From Nitrosopumilus sp. (GTDB taxonomy: Archaea > Thermoproteota > Nitrososphaeria > Nitrososphaerales > Nitrosopumilaceae): a stretch of 64,000 nt of DNA. Every line of letters begins with the position of its first letter. Position 1 is the first letter of the stretch. Where the stretch lies: positions 384,001-448,000 of the forward strand of contig CBDBGZ010000009.1 of NCBI GenBank assembly GCA_965205425.1, in the 5' to 3' direction. The notes beneath the pieces were generated by a model, which saw only the letters and a list, made by a program, of their open reading frames with translations, was not told where the DNA came from and did not search any database. The position numbers and the translations under genes were made by a program. Below are positions 31,854-42,054 of the stretch, in pieces.

Positions 31854-32114
31854 ATGGGGAAAATTAGAATTAGAACAGGTAGAGGTACAGGAACCATCGA
31901 AGTTGATGACGATCCTACAAAATGGTCTGGGGATGAATTTAAGAAAGTCCAAGAAGCAAGAAAAAAAGCATCTTCTAACAGAACGGTCTCATCAGGTAGA
32001 GGAACTGGCTCTAGGAAACTAGGAGATATGCCTGAATCTAAAAAAACACCAGATACCAAAGGAATGACTAGAAGTACAGGTAGAGGAACTGGCTCTAGAA
32101 AAAGTAGAGGATAG
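31854..32114 (+). CDS. Small basic low-complexity protein with GRGTG repeats
   Basis: Three (T/S)GRGTG(T/S) units. Confidence 0.65.
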   Translation: MGKIRIRTGRGTGTIEVDDDPTKWSGDEFKKVQEARKKASSNRTVSSGRGTGSRKLGDMPESKKTPDTKGMTRSTGRGTGSRKSRG

Positions 32115-32171
32115 AAGAATTAATATAATTTTTCAATAAAGATTTTTCTTTAATCTTCTCAAAAAATTTTA

Positions 32172-32837
32172 TTATATTTTGATATCAGGATTTCCTGATT
32201 TTAGTTTGTCCCAATCAGCTAAAAAGTTTTCCAGACCAATTTTTGTCAAAGGATGTAACATCATTTTATCCAATACTCCAGGTGGTAACGTAACAACATC
32301 GGCACCAATTTTAGCTGCATCAACTACATGTAATGGATTACGAACACTTGCAACAAGAATTTGAGTTCCAAAATCATAATTAGAAAAAATTTCTTTTATT
32401 TCTTTAATTAATTGCATACCATCTTGACCAACATCATCTAATCTCCCAATAAATGGACTAACATATTTTGCACCAGATTTTGCTGCAAGTAAAGCTTGAT
32501 TTGCAGAAAAGATCAATGTGACATTAACTGGAATACCGTCAGAAGAAAGTGACTTACATGCTTTGAGACCATCAGGAGTCATTGGAACTTTTACAACAAC
32601 ATTTTCCCCATATTGACGAAGACGTTTACCTTCTTCCATCATTCCAGAATATTCAGTACTAACAACTTCTAAACTTACATCACCTTTGATAATTTTTGTA
32701 ATTTCTTCCATTGCATCTTTAGGGTTACCTCCTTCTTTTGACATCAATGAAGGATTAGTTGTTATTCCATCTAACAATCCCATATCATTAAATTTTCTAA
32801 TTGATTCAAGATTAGCAGTATCTAGAAAAATTTTCAT
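32172..32837 (-). CDS. tal: Transaldolase / fructose-6-phosphate aldolase
   Basis: FLDTA, GITTNPSL, VVKVP, SPFIGR. Confidence 0.93.
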   Translation of the reverse strand: MKIFLDTANLESIRKFNDMGLLDGITTNPSLMSKEGGNPKDAMEEITKIIKGDVSLEVVSTEYSGMMEEGKRLRQYGENVVVKVPMTPDGLKACKSLSSDGIPVNVTLIFSANQALLAAKSGAKYVSPFIGRLDDVGQDGMQLIKEIKEIFSNYDFGTQILVASVRNPLHVVDAAKIGADVVTLPPGVLDKMMLHPLTKIGLENFLADWDKLKSGNPDIKI

Positions 32838-33808
32838 AACTTTTTACTCCTAATTTCTTTGACTTGTTTTGCCATATTAAAAGATGTTATTCCATGTTTT
32901 TCCAAGAGTAATGGAACTTCATTATCACGAGCAGACTCTCCAAACATATCTTGGGCTCCAATCCTCTTTATTGGTACAGGATAAGATTCAGAAACAGATT
33001 CTGCTACTGCGGATCCCATCCCACCTACAATATTATGCTCTTCTGTAGTTACTATACATCCAGTTTCTCTAGCAGCTTTTTCCAAAATTTCATTGTCAAT
33101 AGGTTTAATCGAAAACATGTCTAATACCCTACAAGAAATTCCTTCTTGTTGTAAAGATTCAGCAGCTTCTAAAGCCATTCTAACAGTGATTCCACATGCA
33201 GCAATTGTGCAATCAGAACCATCTCGTAATGTAATTCCTTTTCCAATTTGAAATTCTTGAGACTCTGAATGAACAAGAGGTGTTTTGGATCTTGCCATTC
33301 TCATGTAAAATGGACCATATTCTCTTGCCATTAATTGAGTCAATTTTGAAACTGCAATAGTATCAGCAGGAATAAAAACTCGGAAATTTGGAATTACTCT
33401 CATAATTGCAATATCTTCTATAGTTTGGTGGGAACCACCATCAGGTCCTACAGATAACCCACCATGAGAAGTGACTAGTTTCACGTTAAGACCTTTTTTT
33501 CCAGGAGGTGAAGGATAAGCAATGTTATTTCGAATTTGATCAACAGCCCTACCAGGTAAAAATATGGCATAAGTACTAGCAAATGAAATTTTTCCAGATA
33601 CTGCCAATCCTGCCGAAACAGTTACAAGATTTGCTTCAGCAATTCCAACATTAAAAAATCTGTCAGGGAATTCTTTTCCAAACCCAGAAGTTTTAAGAGA
33701 ATCAGTTGTATCTGCACCTAAAACAACAACATTGTGATTATCTTTTCCAACTTGAATTAATGATTTAGAATATTCTGAACGCATGTCAGTCATTATAGGA
33801 TCATTCAA
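32834..33808 (-). CDS. Transketolase, C-terminal subunit
   Basis: NVGIAEAN, GPDGGSHQ, EEH. Confidence 0.93.
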   Translation of the reverse strand: MNDPIMTDMRSEYSKSLIQVGKDNHNVVVLGADTTDSLKTSGFGKEFPDRFFNVGIAEANLVTVSAGLAVSGKISFASTYAIFLPGRAVDQIRNNIAYPSPPGKKGLNVKLVTSHGGLSVGPDGGSHQTIEDIAIMRVIPNFRVFIPADTIAVSKLTQLMAREYGPFYMRMARSKTPLVHSESQEFQIGKGITLRDGSDCTIAACGITVRMALEAAESLQQEGISCRVLDMFSIKPIDNEILEKAARETGCIVTTEEHNIVGGMGSAVAESVSESYPVPIKRIGAQDMFGESARDNEVPLLLEKHGITSFNMAKQVKEIRSKKL

Positions 33809-35478
33809 AGATACCCTTCCTCCTGTGCAATTTTTTTAATTTGGTCTTGTTTTTCTCCAATAACATGCAAACCAATCCATTTGGTGACCAAGTCAGATCC
33901 ACCTAGTTCATTTGCTTTATCAAGTAAACCTCGTCTTCTAGATTTCAAAACTTCAGTTCTAAAATCCCTTATGGCAGCTCTAACATCTTGTTGTCCAATA
34001 ATTGCACCACCTCCAACAAAAGCACGTGCACCATCATCAAAGACAGAACCAATATTTTCAAGATTTACTCCCCCATCAGCCTCGATATATCCTGTAAAAT
34101 TATGTTCTTTTAGAGTAGAATTCAATCGAGACATTTTTGCATGTGTCTCTTCAATGTATTTTTGACCAGATTTTCCAGGCACTACAGACATTACAATTAG
34201 TTGATCAAGAGATTGCAAAAATTTGTAAGACCATTCAGGTAATTCAGTATCAGGATTTATTGAAAACCCAACACCAACTTGATTTTGTTTTAACAAATCA
34301 TGGATTTCACCAAAACTAGATTCATCTGTAACCTCAGCATGTACAGTGATTATATCACTACCTGCCTCGATGTAGTCTTTAACATATTTTACAGGTTCAT
34401 TAATCATCAAGTGAGTATCAAATGGAATTACAGTTAATGGTCTTAGTTCTTTAATTTTAGTATGATCAAAAGTTTTTGTCGGAACAAATTGCCCATCCAT
34501 CACATCAAGATGAATGTAATCCGCTCTACCAGTAACACATCGTTTAATTTCATTTTCTAAATTTGTCATATCGCCAGCAATAATTGAGGGGGAAATCATG
34601 AATTGTGAATTTAATTCAAGATTAATTATTGGAACAACATCATTGTCTGGTGCTTTTCCATGCCATTGTGGATTGTCTTCCATATGTTCTACAGATTTTC
34701 CTTTAATGGTTCTAGAAATAATCATCGTAGGAACTCCTTTAGTTGTATTTGCTTTTGCAATTGCTGCATCTATTTGTTCAACTCTATGTCCATCAATTTC
34801 AATTACATTCCAACCAAAAGATCTCCATTTATCACCTGTTTTCCAACGAGATGCATCCTTCCACATTTCAGATAGATCATCTCCTTCTAATTTTTCATCA
34901 AGAGGCATTATTTTTTCAGTGTATGAATCCTGTTGAATGAAATTTCTATCAAGAAATGCTGTCAGGTTATCAACTTTGTATTTTGATGCAGTCATTGCAG
35001 CCTCCCAAACTTGTCCTTCATCAGATTCTCCATCTCCAATAATGGTATAGACATGATGATCTTTAGAATCAATTTTTGCAGCTAGTGCAATTCCAACAGA
35101 ATAAGACAAGCCAGTTCCCAAAGAACCTCCACAAAATTCCACACCAGGACATTTTAGATCAGGATGTCCTTGTAATTTACTGCCAAATTTTCGCAATGTT
35201 TCGATTTCAGATTCTGGAAAATAACCTGCAACTGCCATGTTTGAAAATAATCCGGGGGCGGCATGGCCTTTAGACAGAATTAATCTATCTCGATCTTCCC
35301 ATTGCGGATTTTTAGGATCAAATTTTAGATATTTGTTGAATAAACACCCCAATATTTCAGCCATAGAAAATGAACCTCCAGGGTGACCAGAACCTGCAGT
35401 ATTGGTTCCTTTAATTACTAATTTACGAGCTCGAAGAATATTTTTCTTAATTTGATAATAGTTAAGCCCCATCTGCAT
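33805..35478 (-). CDS. Transketolase N-terminal subunit fused to ribulose-phosphate 3-epimerase
   Basis: SGHPGG, LSKGH, GDGE (TK); ISPSI, HLDVMDG, MSVVPG, ADGG (Rpe). Confidence 0.93.
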   Translation of the reverse strand: MQMGLNYYQIKKNILRARKLVIKGTNTAGSGHPGGSFSMAEILGCLFNKYLKFDPKNPQWEDRDRLILSKGHAAPGLFSNMAVAGYFPESEIETLRKFGSKLQGHPDLKCPGVEFCGGSLGTGLSYSVGIALAAKIDSKDHHVYTIIGDGESDEGQVWEAAMTASKYKVDNLTAFLDRNFIQQDSYTEKIMPLDEKLEGDDLSEMWKDASRWKTGDKWRSFGWNVIEIDGHRVEQIDAAIAKANTTKGVPTMIISRTIKGKSVEHMEDNPQWHGKAPDNDVVPIINLELNSQFMISPSIIAGDMTNLENEIKRCVTGRADYIHLDVMDGQFVPTKTFDHTKIKELRPLTVIPFDTHLMINEPVKYVKDYIEAGSDIITVHAEVTDESSFGEIHDLLKQNQVGVGFSINPDTELPEWSYKFLQSLDQLIVMSVVPGKSGQKYIEETHAKMSRLNSTLKEHNFTGYIEADGGVNLENIGSVFDDGARAFVGGGAIIGQQDVRAAIRDFRTEVLKSRRRGLLDKANELGGSDLVTKWIGLHVIGEKQDQIKKIAQEEGYL

Positions 35479-35579
35479 CGTTATCCTTGTAAATTGAATA
35501 AAAATCTACTTCTAAAGAAACTCTCTATTTTTAAAACTCTAAAGGCGTGTGGATCTTAAAAATATAATTCAAACAATTA

Positions 35580-36140
35580 CTAGATTAAAGATGATTCAAC
35601 TTTATCTAACATAAATTTCAAAAATTCAGATAGTGGTTTTTTTCTCCAATGCTTTGCATTCCATTCCTTTACAAGTTCACCATAGAATTTCCACTCAGAT
35701 TCATCTTTTTTAAGATGAGTTACCATCATTTTCTCAAATTCTACAAGATCCCAATCTACGGGACACATTATGTTGTTCATCTGAGTTAATTTACCATTTT
35801 TCATTGTAAATGGATATGATTTACACACTCCTGGCTTGATATCATTGACAGTACATCTAAAGACATCTTTAGTTTCTTCTAGAAATTCACACGCATCATT
35901 TTTTTGTTTCAAAGCGAGATCTATCAAACCTTCTTTTACTTTGATTCCAAGAGAATAGTCCTTTGTTCCATAAATCTCCAAAAAAGTCTCAGGTGCTATT
36001 TTCAATCCCTCTGAAAGTCGATAAACATCATGGGCATTGACAAAAATCACATATTCCTTACAACAGTCTGTATGACATGAAACACATGGGAATTCTCCAG
36101 TCTTAGTCTGACTAGAATCTGGATTAGTAATTAATGTCAT
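35580..36140 (-). CDS. YkgJ-family cysteine cluster protein
   Basis: CxxCxxxCC, CEFL, KPGVCKSYPF. Confidence 0.85.
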   Translation of the reverse strand: MTLITNPDSSQTKTGEFPCVSCHTDCCKEYVIFVNAHDVYRLSEGLKIAPETFLEIYGTKDYSLGIKVKEGLIDLALKQKNDACEFLEETKDVFRCTVNDIKPGVCKSYPFTMKNGKLTQMNNIMCPVDWDLVEFEKMMVTHLKKDESEWKFYGELVKEWNAKHWRKKPLSEFLKFMLDKVESSLI

Positions 36141-36208
36141 AATTAATCAAAATGAATTTCAAGTATTAAGTTTGTAAGATTTTAATTTGATCGTTATGTT
36201 GTAATATT

Positions 36209-36586
36209 ATGGAAATTAAAGAAAATATTCCAATTGTGTTATTTGATAATCAATGTTATTTGTGTATGAAATTTGCAAAAATGATTAATTTTTTTGCTAG
36301 AGACAAAATTACAATGGTAGGACATTATTCAGAATTTGGAAAAAAAATCAGAGAGAGTATTTTAGATGAATCGGCATTGGATATGTTTTGGTTTATTAAT
36401 CAAAAAAGAGCTTATGGGGGAAGAGCAGCTTTATTTCCATTATTAAAATCAATTTTATCTGAAAAAACAAAAAAATCATCAATGTCTAAAATTAATGATT
36501 ATTGTGAGCAAGATTGTAAAACAGTTAAAGCAGTATTTGTAAGATCATCAAGTCTGATTACCAATAGTAAGATAATAGATCTATAG
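36209..36586 (+). CDS. DCC1-like thiol-disulfide oxidoreductase (DUF393)
   Basis: LFDNQCYLC DxxCxxC motif. Confidence 0.75.
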   Translation: MEIKENIPIVLFDNQCYLCMKFAKMINFFARDKITMVGHYSEFGKKIRESILDESALDMFWFINQKRAYGGRAALFPLLKSILSEKTKKSSMSKINDYCEQDCKTVKAVFVRSSSLITNSKIIDL

Positions 36587-36623
36587 TAAATCTAAATAAT
36601 ACTTCAAAAAAGAGAATTTCATA

Positions 36624-38096
36624 GTGAAGATAAAAACTGAAAGCTCTGGAAAAAAGAAAACAAATCTTCTATGTGGATTTGTACTAGAAAATTCTAACAA
36701 AGTTCTAGGATTACCAAAATTTGATACCAAAACCACCTCAACAATTAATCAATCACTAAAAGACATGGAAGGGAAATTAGGAAAACTAAGCATAATTCCT
36801 ATGTCGGGGGAAAAACCTGTACAAAGAATCTTGCTTGCAGGTATTGGAAAGAAAGAGAATATTACAAAAGATACGATTAGATTTGTTTCAGGAAAAATTG
36901 CTCTAAAAGCAAGAGAGTTGAAACTGTCTGAATTTTCAATAATATCACCTTCAAGTTTTATCACTGAACCAATTTCTGCAGTATCTCAAATAATTGAAGG
37001 TACTAAAATGGCTCTTTACAAATTTGATAAATTCAAGGCAGAAAAAACAGAAACTTCCCCAAATCTAACCATCATTGTTTCAAAATCAAAAAAAATTTCT
37101 AAAGCCATCAAAATAGCTGAAACTGTTGCAGATGGTGCAATATTTACCAAAAGTATTGCTAATTTGCCTCCAAACGAATGTACTCCTACAACATTAGCAA
37201 ACTTTGCAAAAAATATGTCTAAGAAAAATAAAATGAAGTGTAATATCATTTCAGAACCAGAATTAAAGAAAAAAGGGTTTGGTGGAATTTCAGCAGTAGG
37301 TCAAGGAAGTAGTAATCGACCAAAATTAATTATTTTAGAACATAATCGAGGACAAAAAAATGAAAAACCAATAGTCTTAGTAGGAAAAGCAGTAACATTT
37401 GATACAGGGGGTATTTCCTTGAAACCTGGAGCTGCAATGGATGAAATGAAATTTGACAAATGTGGAGGATGTACAGTTCTAGGCATAATGAAATCTATTT
37501 CAGAATTAAAACTCCCAATCAATGTAGTAGGTATTGTTCCTTCAGTCGAAAATATGCCAGGTGGAGAATCATACAGACCAGGAGACATCATAAAATTATA
37601 CAGTGGAAAAACTGCAGAAATTCTAAATACAGATGCAGAAGGCAGATTGATTTTAGCTGATGCGTTATCGTATGGAGAAAAACACTATTCGCCCAAGGCA
37701 ATTATTGATTTTGCAACTCTTACAGGTGCATGTATTGTAGCACTAGGTACCAATGTAGCAGCAATTGTATCAAATGATGAGAAACTAACAAAGAAAATCA
37801 ACGACTCTTCAAAAAGAACAACTGAAGAAGTGTGGGAGTTACCATTGAATCAAGACTATATGGATATGATAAAATCAGATGTTGCAGATATGAAAAATGT
37901 TGGAATAGGTAGAGCAGCTGGTACAATCACAGCAGCAGCATTTTTGAAAAATGCAATTGAGAAAACCCCATGGACACATATTGACATTGCAGGAGTTGCA
38001 TGGACACAAGGAGCTACAAAAGAAAAATCATACAATCCAAAAGGAGCAACAGGTTTTGGGATAAGATTGATTGTAGATTATTTACAAAATTTGTAA
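36624..38096 (+). CDS. pepA: Leucyl aminopeptidase (M17)
   Basis: GKAVTFDTGG, NTDAEGRL, ATLTGA, HIDIAG. Confidence 0.95.
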   Translation: MKIKTESSGKKKTNLLCGFVLENSNKVLGLPKFDTKTTSTINQSLKDMEGKLGKLSIIPMSGEKPVQRILLAGIGKKENITKDTIRFVSGKIALKARELKLSEFSIISPSSFITEPISAVSQIIEGTKMALYKFDKFKAEKTETSPNLTIIVSKSKKISKAIKIAETVADGAIFTKSIANLPPNECTPTTLANFAKNMSKKNKMKCNIISEPELKKKGFGGISAVGQGSSNRPKLIILEHNRGQKNEKPIVLVGKAVTFDTGGISLKPGAAMDEMKFDKCGGCTVLGIMKSISELKLPINVVGIVPSVENMPGGESYRPGDIIKLYSGKTAEILNTDAEGRLILADALSYGEKHYSPKAIIDFATLTGACIVALGTNVAAIVSNDEKLTKKINDSSKRTTEEVWELPLNQDYMDMIKSDVADMKNVGIGRAAGTITAAAFLKNAIEKTPWTHIDIAGVAWTQGATKEKSYNPKGATGFGIRLIVDYLQNL

Positions 38097-38097
38097 A

Positions 38098-38226
38098 TTA
38101 ATATCCCCGACTATTTCTATCAGGTGTACCAACATTCGGATTTCTCCAACCATGTTTTTCCATCATATGATTTAGTAATCTAATATCATTATCACATATT
38201 TCTCCACAAACACTACAATTTGGCAT
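38098..38226 (-). CDS. Small C2H2 zinc-finger protein (42 aa)
   Basis: MPNCSVCGEICDNDIRLLNHMMEKHGW..., C-x2-C-x12-H-x4-H; alternative in-frame ATG at 38235. Confidence 0.7.
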   Translation of the reverse strand: MPNCSVCGEICDNDIRLLNHMMEKHGWRNPNVGTPDRNSRGY

Positions 38227-38282
38227 TGAATTCATATCAATCCAATTAATTGAATATTAAAAGATTGATTGTAAAATAGAAA

Positions 38283-38400
38283 ATGCCAGCACCGTTGCTT
38301 CCCAAGAGCTCTCGCATCTTAGTAACACAACAGCGACGTCAGGTTTGACTTCCAAGTTCGGAACGGGATTGGGTCGCACCCTAACGCTATGGCCGGCTTG
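38283..38400 (-). rRNA. rrf: 5S rRNA (unlinked)
   Basis: Reverse complement GCCGGCCATAGCG...CCCGTTCCGAAC..GGAAGTCAAAC...GGTGCTGGC; ends approximate. Confidence 0.93.
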
Positions 38401-38493
38401 AAAATTGATGTCAAATTCTCATCTATTAACGTAACGCCAGATTTGAAACATGCTCAAAATAGGTATAAAGCAAAGAAAATACCGGTTTACAAC

Positions 38494-40281
38494 ATGACTC
38501 ATAGAGTAGCCGTTTTAGATCAAGATCTATGTCAGCCACAAAAATGTGGTTTAGAATGCATAAAATATTGCCCAGTCAATAAATCAGGAGCAGAATGTGT
38601 CACAATCAATGAGACTTCAAAAAAGGCACAGATTGATGAGGATATTTGTAATGGTTGTGGAATCTGTGTCAAAGTATGTCCATTTGATGCAATAACAATT
38701 GTCAATCTGGCAAGTGAGTTAGCTACTGATAAAATTCACCAGTATGGAATGAATTCATTTAGACTTTACAAATTACCTACCCCTAAGAAAGGTGAAGTTG
38801 TAGGATTATTGGGAAGAAATGGAATGGGCAAAAGTACAGTTATCAATATTCTATCAGGGAATCTTAAACCAAATTTAGGAAGATATGAAAATCCCCCAGA
38901 ATGGGATGAAATTTTAAAACATTACAGTGGAACAGAGTTAAAACAACATTTTGAAAAGATTGAGCAAAAACAAATTCGTGCATCAATTAAACCACAACAA
39001 GTACATCATATTGCTCAAGCATTTGAAGGAACAGGGAAAGAACTTCTTGACAAATATGATGAACGTGGGGTATCAAGAGAACTAATCAAAGAATTAGGAT
39101 TAGAAAACTCAATGGAGCAGAGTTTAAAGGAATTAAGTGGTGGGGAATTACAAAGAATCGCAGTTGCTGTTGCTGCATCAAAAGATACAGAATTTTATTT
39201 TTTCGATGAACCGTCATCATACAATGATGTTTTTCAGAGAACAGGTGTTGCACGAGTTATACAAAATTTAGCAAAGATAGGAAAAAGTGTAATGGTAGTA
39301 GAACACGATTTAACATTATTAGATTTTCTAAGTGATTATATCGAAGTATTGTATGGTGAACCTACAGCATATGGAATTGTTTCAAATATTTTATCCACTA
39401 AAGTTGGAATTAATGTTTTCCTAGATGGATATTTACCAACTGAAAATGTAAGATTTAGAGACAAGAAATTTTCAATGGATGTATCATCATCAACTACAGA
39501 TATTTTTCAAGAAGGAAGTGAAGTTGTTTCGTATCCTAAATTAGTAAAAAAATATCCTACATTTTCAGTTGAAGTTGAGCCTGGATTTGTAAGAAAAGGT
39601 GAAGTTGTAGGCATAATGGGTGCTAATGCACTAGGTAAAACTACAATGATGAAAATGATTGCAGGTGTTGAAAAACCAGATTCAGGTAGTGTAGATAAAA
39701 AAATTAAGATTGCATACAAACCACAATATCTTCAAAATGATCTGGATGTAGAAGTAATATCAATTTTAGATAAAGCAAATGAAGATCCAGTAGAAGGAAG
39801 TATGGAAGAAGAACAAATTCTTGATCCATTGAAAATTAAAAAACTCTACAACAAATCTATCAAAAATCTTTCTGGGGGAGAACTGCAAAAAGTAGCAGTT
39901 GCATCATGTCTATTACAAAAAGTTGATTTGTATGCATTGGATGAACCTTCAGCATTTTTAGATGTAGAAGATAGGATTGCAGTTGCAAAATTCTTGCAAA
40001 AATTTGTTCGCTCTTTTGGAAAATCAGCAATCATTATTGATCACGATTTACAATTAATGGATTTAGTTTCAGATTCAATGATAATATTTGAAGGTGAATC
40101 AGGTTCTGCAGGTAAAGCAACATCACCATTGCCAAAAGCTGATGCAATGAACAGATTTCTAAAATCACTAGACATGTCATTTAGAAGAGATGAAAAAAGT
40201 CTAAGACCGCGTGTAAATAAATTAGAAAGTAGATTGGACAAGGATCAAAAAATAACTGGAAATTTCTATTACAAGCATTGA
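38494..40281 (+). CDS. ABCE1/RLI ribosome recycling ATPase
   Basis: N-terminal 2x[4Fe-4S] motifs, two ABC domains with LSGGELQ; true start ATG 38494. Confidence 0.96.
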   Translation: MTHRVAVLDQDLCQPQKCGLECIKYCPVNKSGAECVTINETSKKAQIDEDICNGCGICVKVCPFDAITIVNLASELATDKIHQYGMNSFRLYKLPTPKKGEVVGLLGRNGMGKSTVINILSGNLKPNLGRYENPPEWDEILKHYSGTELKQHFEKIEQKQIRASIKPQQVHHIAQAFEGTGKELLDKYDERGVSRELIKELGLENSMEQSLKELSGGELQRIAVAVAASKDTEFYFFDEPSSYNDVFQRTGVARVIQNLAKIGKSVMVVEHDLTLLDFLSDYIEVLYGEPTAYGIVSNILSTKVGINVFLDGYLPTENVRFRDKKFSMDVSSSTTDIFQEGSEVVSYPKLVKKYPTFSVEVEPGFVRKGEVVGIMGANALGKTTMMKMIAGVEKPDSGSVDKKIKIAYKPQYLQNDLDVEVISILDKANEDPVEGSMEEEQILDPLKIKKLYNKSIKNLSGGELQKVAVASCLLQKVDLYALDEPSAFLDVEDRIAVAKFLQKFVRSFGKSAIIIDHDLQLMDLVSDSMIIFEGESGSAGKATSPLPKADAMNRFLKSLDMSFRRDEKSLRPRVNKLESRLDKDQKITGNFYYKH

Positions 40282-41114
40282 CTCGAATGTTAAAAAAAGC
40301 ACTAGAAAATGTGCTTACAGAAAAAGAAAGTGTTGAATTAATTTCTGCATTTGATCAGATAGGAGAAATTATTATTGTGAGAATTCCTGACTCTTTACTC
40401 TCAAAAAAGAAAATCATTGGAAAAGCATTGTTAGATGAAGTAAAAATTGTTAAAAGTGTATTTTATCAGGCATCAGCAGTAGAAGGTAATTTTCGTACAA
40501 GAGATCTGGAAATTCTTGCAGGAGAAGACAATACGGAAACAGAATACAAAGAATTTGGGTGTAGATTTAGAGTAGATGTCAAAAATGCATTCTTTTCACC
40601 TAGACTATCTACAGAAAGGGAAAGAATTGCGAATTTGGTTCAGGAAGGAGAAGTGATGACTAACATGTTTGCAGGAGTTGGAATGTTTTCCATAATGGCT
40701 GCCAAGAAAAAGAAATGTACAGTGTATAGTCTTGACATTAATCCTGTAGCTTCAAAATTATGTGAAACAAATATCAGTTTAAACAAACTTGCATGTAATG
40801 TAATTTCAATAAATGGGGATGCTACTGAAATAATCAACAATCAATTAGAAGATAAATCAGATAGAACACTAATGTTGTTACCGGAAAGATCTGATGAATT
40901 TTTAGATTCTGCAATTAAAACAACCAAAAATGGTGGCATAATCCATTACTATTCACATATTCATGCAGATAAAAAAACTGATGCTGGAAAACTTTCAGAG
41001 GAACACTATCTCAAAATCTCACCTGTAAAATCAGAAATTTTAGATTCAAAAATTGTTCGGGCAGTAGGTCCAAGATATTACCAAACAGTTGTAGATGTAA
41101 AAATTTCTAAATAA
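40278..41114 (+). CDS. Trm5/Taw2-type tRNA methyltransferase
   Basis: FFSPRLSTERERI, MFAGVGMF, DINP. Confidence 0.85.
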   Translation: MTRMLKKALENVLTEKESVELISAFDQIGEIIIVRIPDSLLSKKKIIGKALLDEVKIVKSVFYQASAVEGNFRTRDLEILAGEDNTETEYKEFGCRFRVDVKNAFFSPRLSTERERIANLVQEGEVMTNMFAGVGMFSIMAAKKKKCTVYSLDINPVASKLCETNISLNKLACNVISINGDATEIINNQLEDKSDRTLMLLPERSDEFLDSAIKTTKNGGIIHYYSHIHADKKTDAGKLSEEHYLKISPVKSEILDSKIVRAVGPRYYQTVVDVKISK

Positions 41115-41115
41115 A

Positions 41116-41334
41116 TTAATCTTCAGACGTTATTGAAGCAGGTGAAGGTTTTGTTGTTGCCATAACATATCCAATCCATGCAATAACTCCTAAAATTCCC
41201 CCTGCAATCATCAAGACTGATAATTGTAATACAATTGGACTCCATTCAGATAACATTAACAAATATGCATAAAGGAAAAAACCACCAATGCAGAGTACAA
41301 AAATTGTGATGCCCATTCCTTTTCGCTTGTCCAT
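41116..41334 (-). CDS. Small two-TM membrane protein
   Basis: Two hydrophobic helices, WIGYVMATT. Confidence 0.75.
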   Translation of the reverse strand: MDKRKGMGITIFVLCIGGFFLYAYLLMLSEWSPIVLQLSVLMIAGGILGVIAWIGYVMATTKPSPASITSED

Positions 41335-41371
41335 GGCGAAGAATTTTTTGTGAGTTATTTATTGGTTTGAA

Positions 41372-41869
41372 CTATTGTAATTCAATTGCCATAAGATATG
41401 CATCTTCGCCATCTCGATAATAGGCGTTTAGTTGTTGTCTTATTACAAATCCTTGTTTTTCATATAATCGAACAGCCTCAGTATTACTACATCTTACTTC
41501 CAAATAGAACTCATCGCACTTTCTTAATTTTACACCATTAACTGATTCTTCAACAAGTGCATTTCCAATGCCTTTTTTTCTATGTTCATCAACTACTGCA
41601 ATAGAAACAACATGACCTTTTTTGACAAAACCTAATTTTTTAAAATTTGAAAAACCAAATTCAGTTTTACACATAATATATCCGACATGTTTTCCTCCAA
41701 TTTCTGCAATAATGAATGCCTCTGGAAGTTCAGCAAGTAAACTCTCATAGAAATAGTCAGAATAATGTTCAGGTAGAGTTTTCAAATTAATTTCCATGAC
41801 AGATATTAGATCGCTTGGTTCGGCTCTTCGAATATTACAATCTCCCAATTGTCTCAGAATAACTTGCAT
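41372..41869 (-). CDS. rimI: N-terminal acetyltransferase (RimI/Ard1-like)
   Basis: LPEHY, GHVVSIAV...RKKGIG, LEVRCSN, YYRDGEDA. Confidence 0.9.
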   Translation of the reverse strand: MQVILRQLGDCNIRRAEPSDLISVMEINLKTLPEHYSDYFYESLLAELPEAFIIAEIGGKHVGYIMCKTEFGFSNFKKLGFVKKGHVVSIAVVDEHRKKGIGNALVEESVNGVKLRKCDEFYLEVRCSNTEAVRLYEKQGFVIRQQLNAYYRDGEDAYLMAIELQ

Positions 41870-41973
41870 GATGGTGTATAGTATCATCAATATTTAATTT
41901 TAAACCAAATACCATTTAATGATGTGTTTTCCACATTTTAATTTATTAAAAAATATTATTTCATGCCTAATCA

Positions 41974-42054
41974 CTATCTTCTCTTCAAATAACTTGACAA
42001 TATTTCATCTGCCATCTCAGTAACTTCTACATCTTTCTTCATAGCCAAACTATG
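41974..42054 (-). pseudogene. 3' fragment of a small RHH/CopG-like protein, cut by IS
   Basis: HSLAMKKDVEVTEMADEILSSYLKRR* ends at the IS boundary. Confidence 0.35.

Noticed and set aside
38389..38493. N-terminal extension of the ABCE1 ORF in the track
   Set aside because: Its ATG lies within the antisense 5S rRNA gene; the conserved protein starts at 38494.
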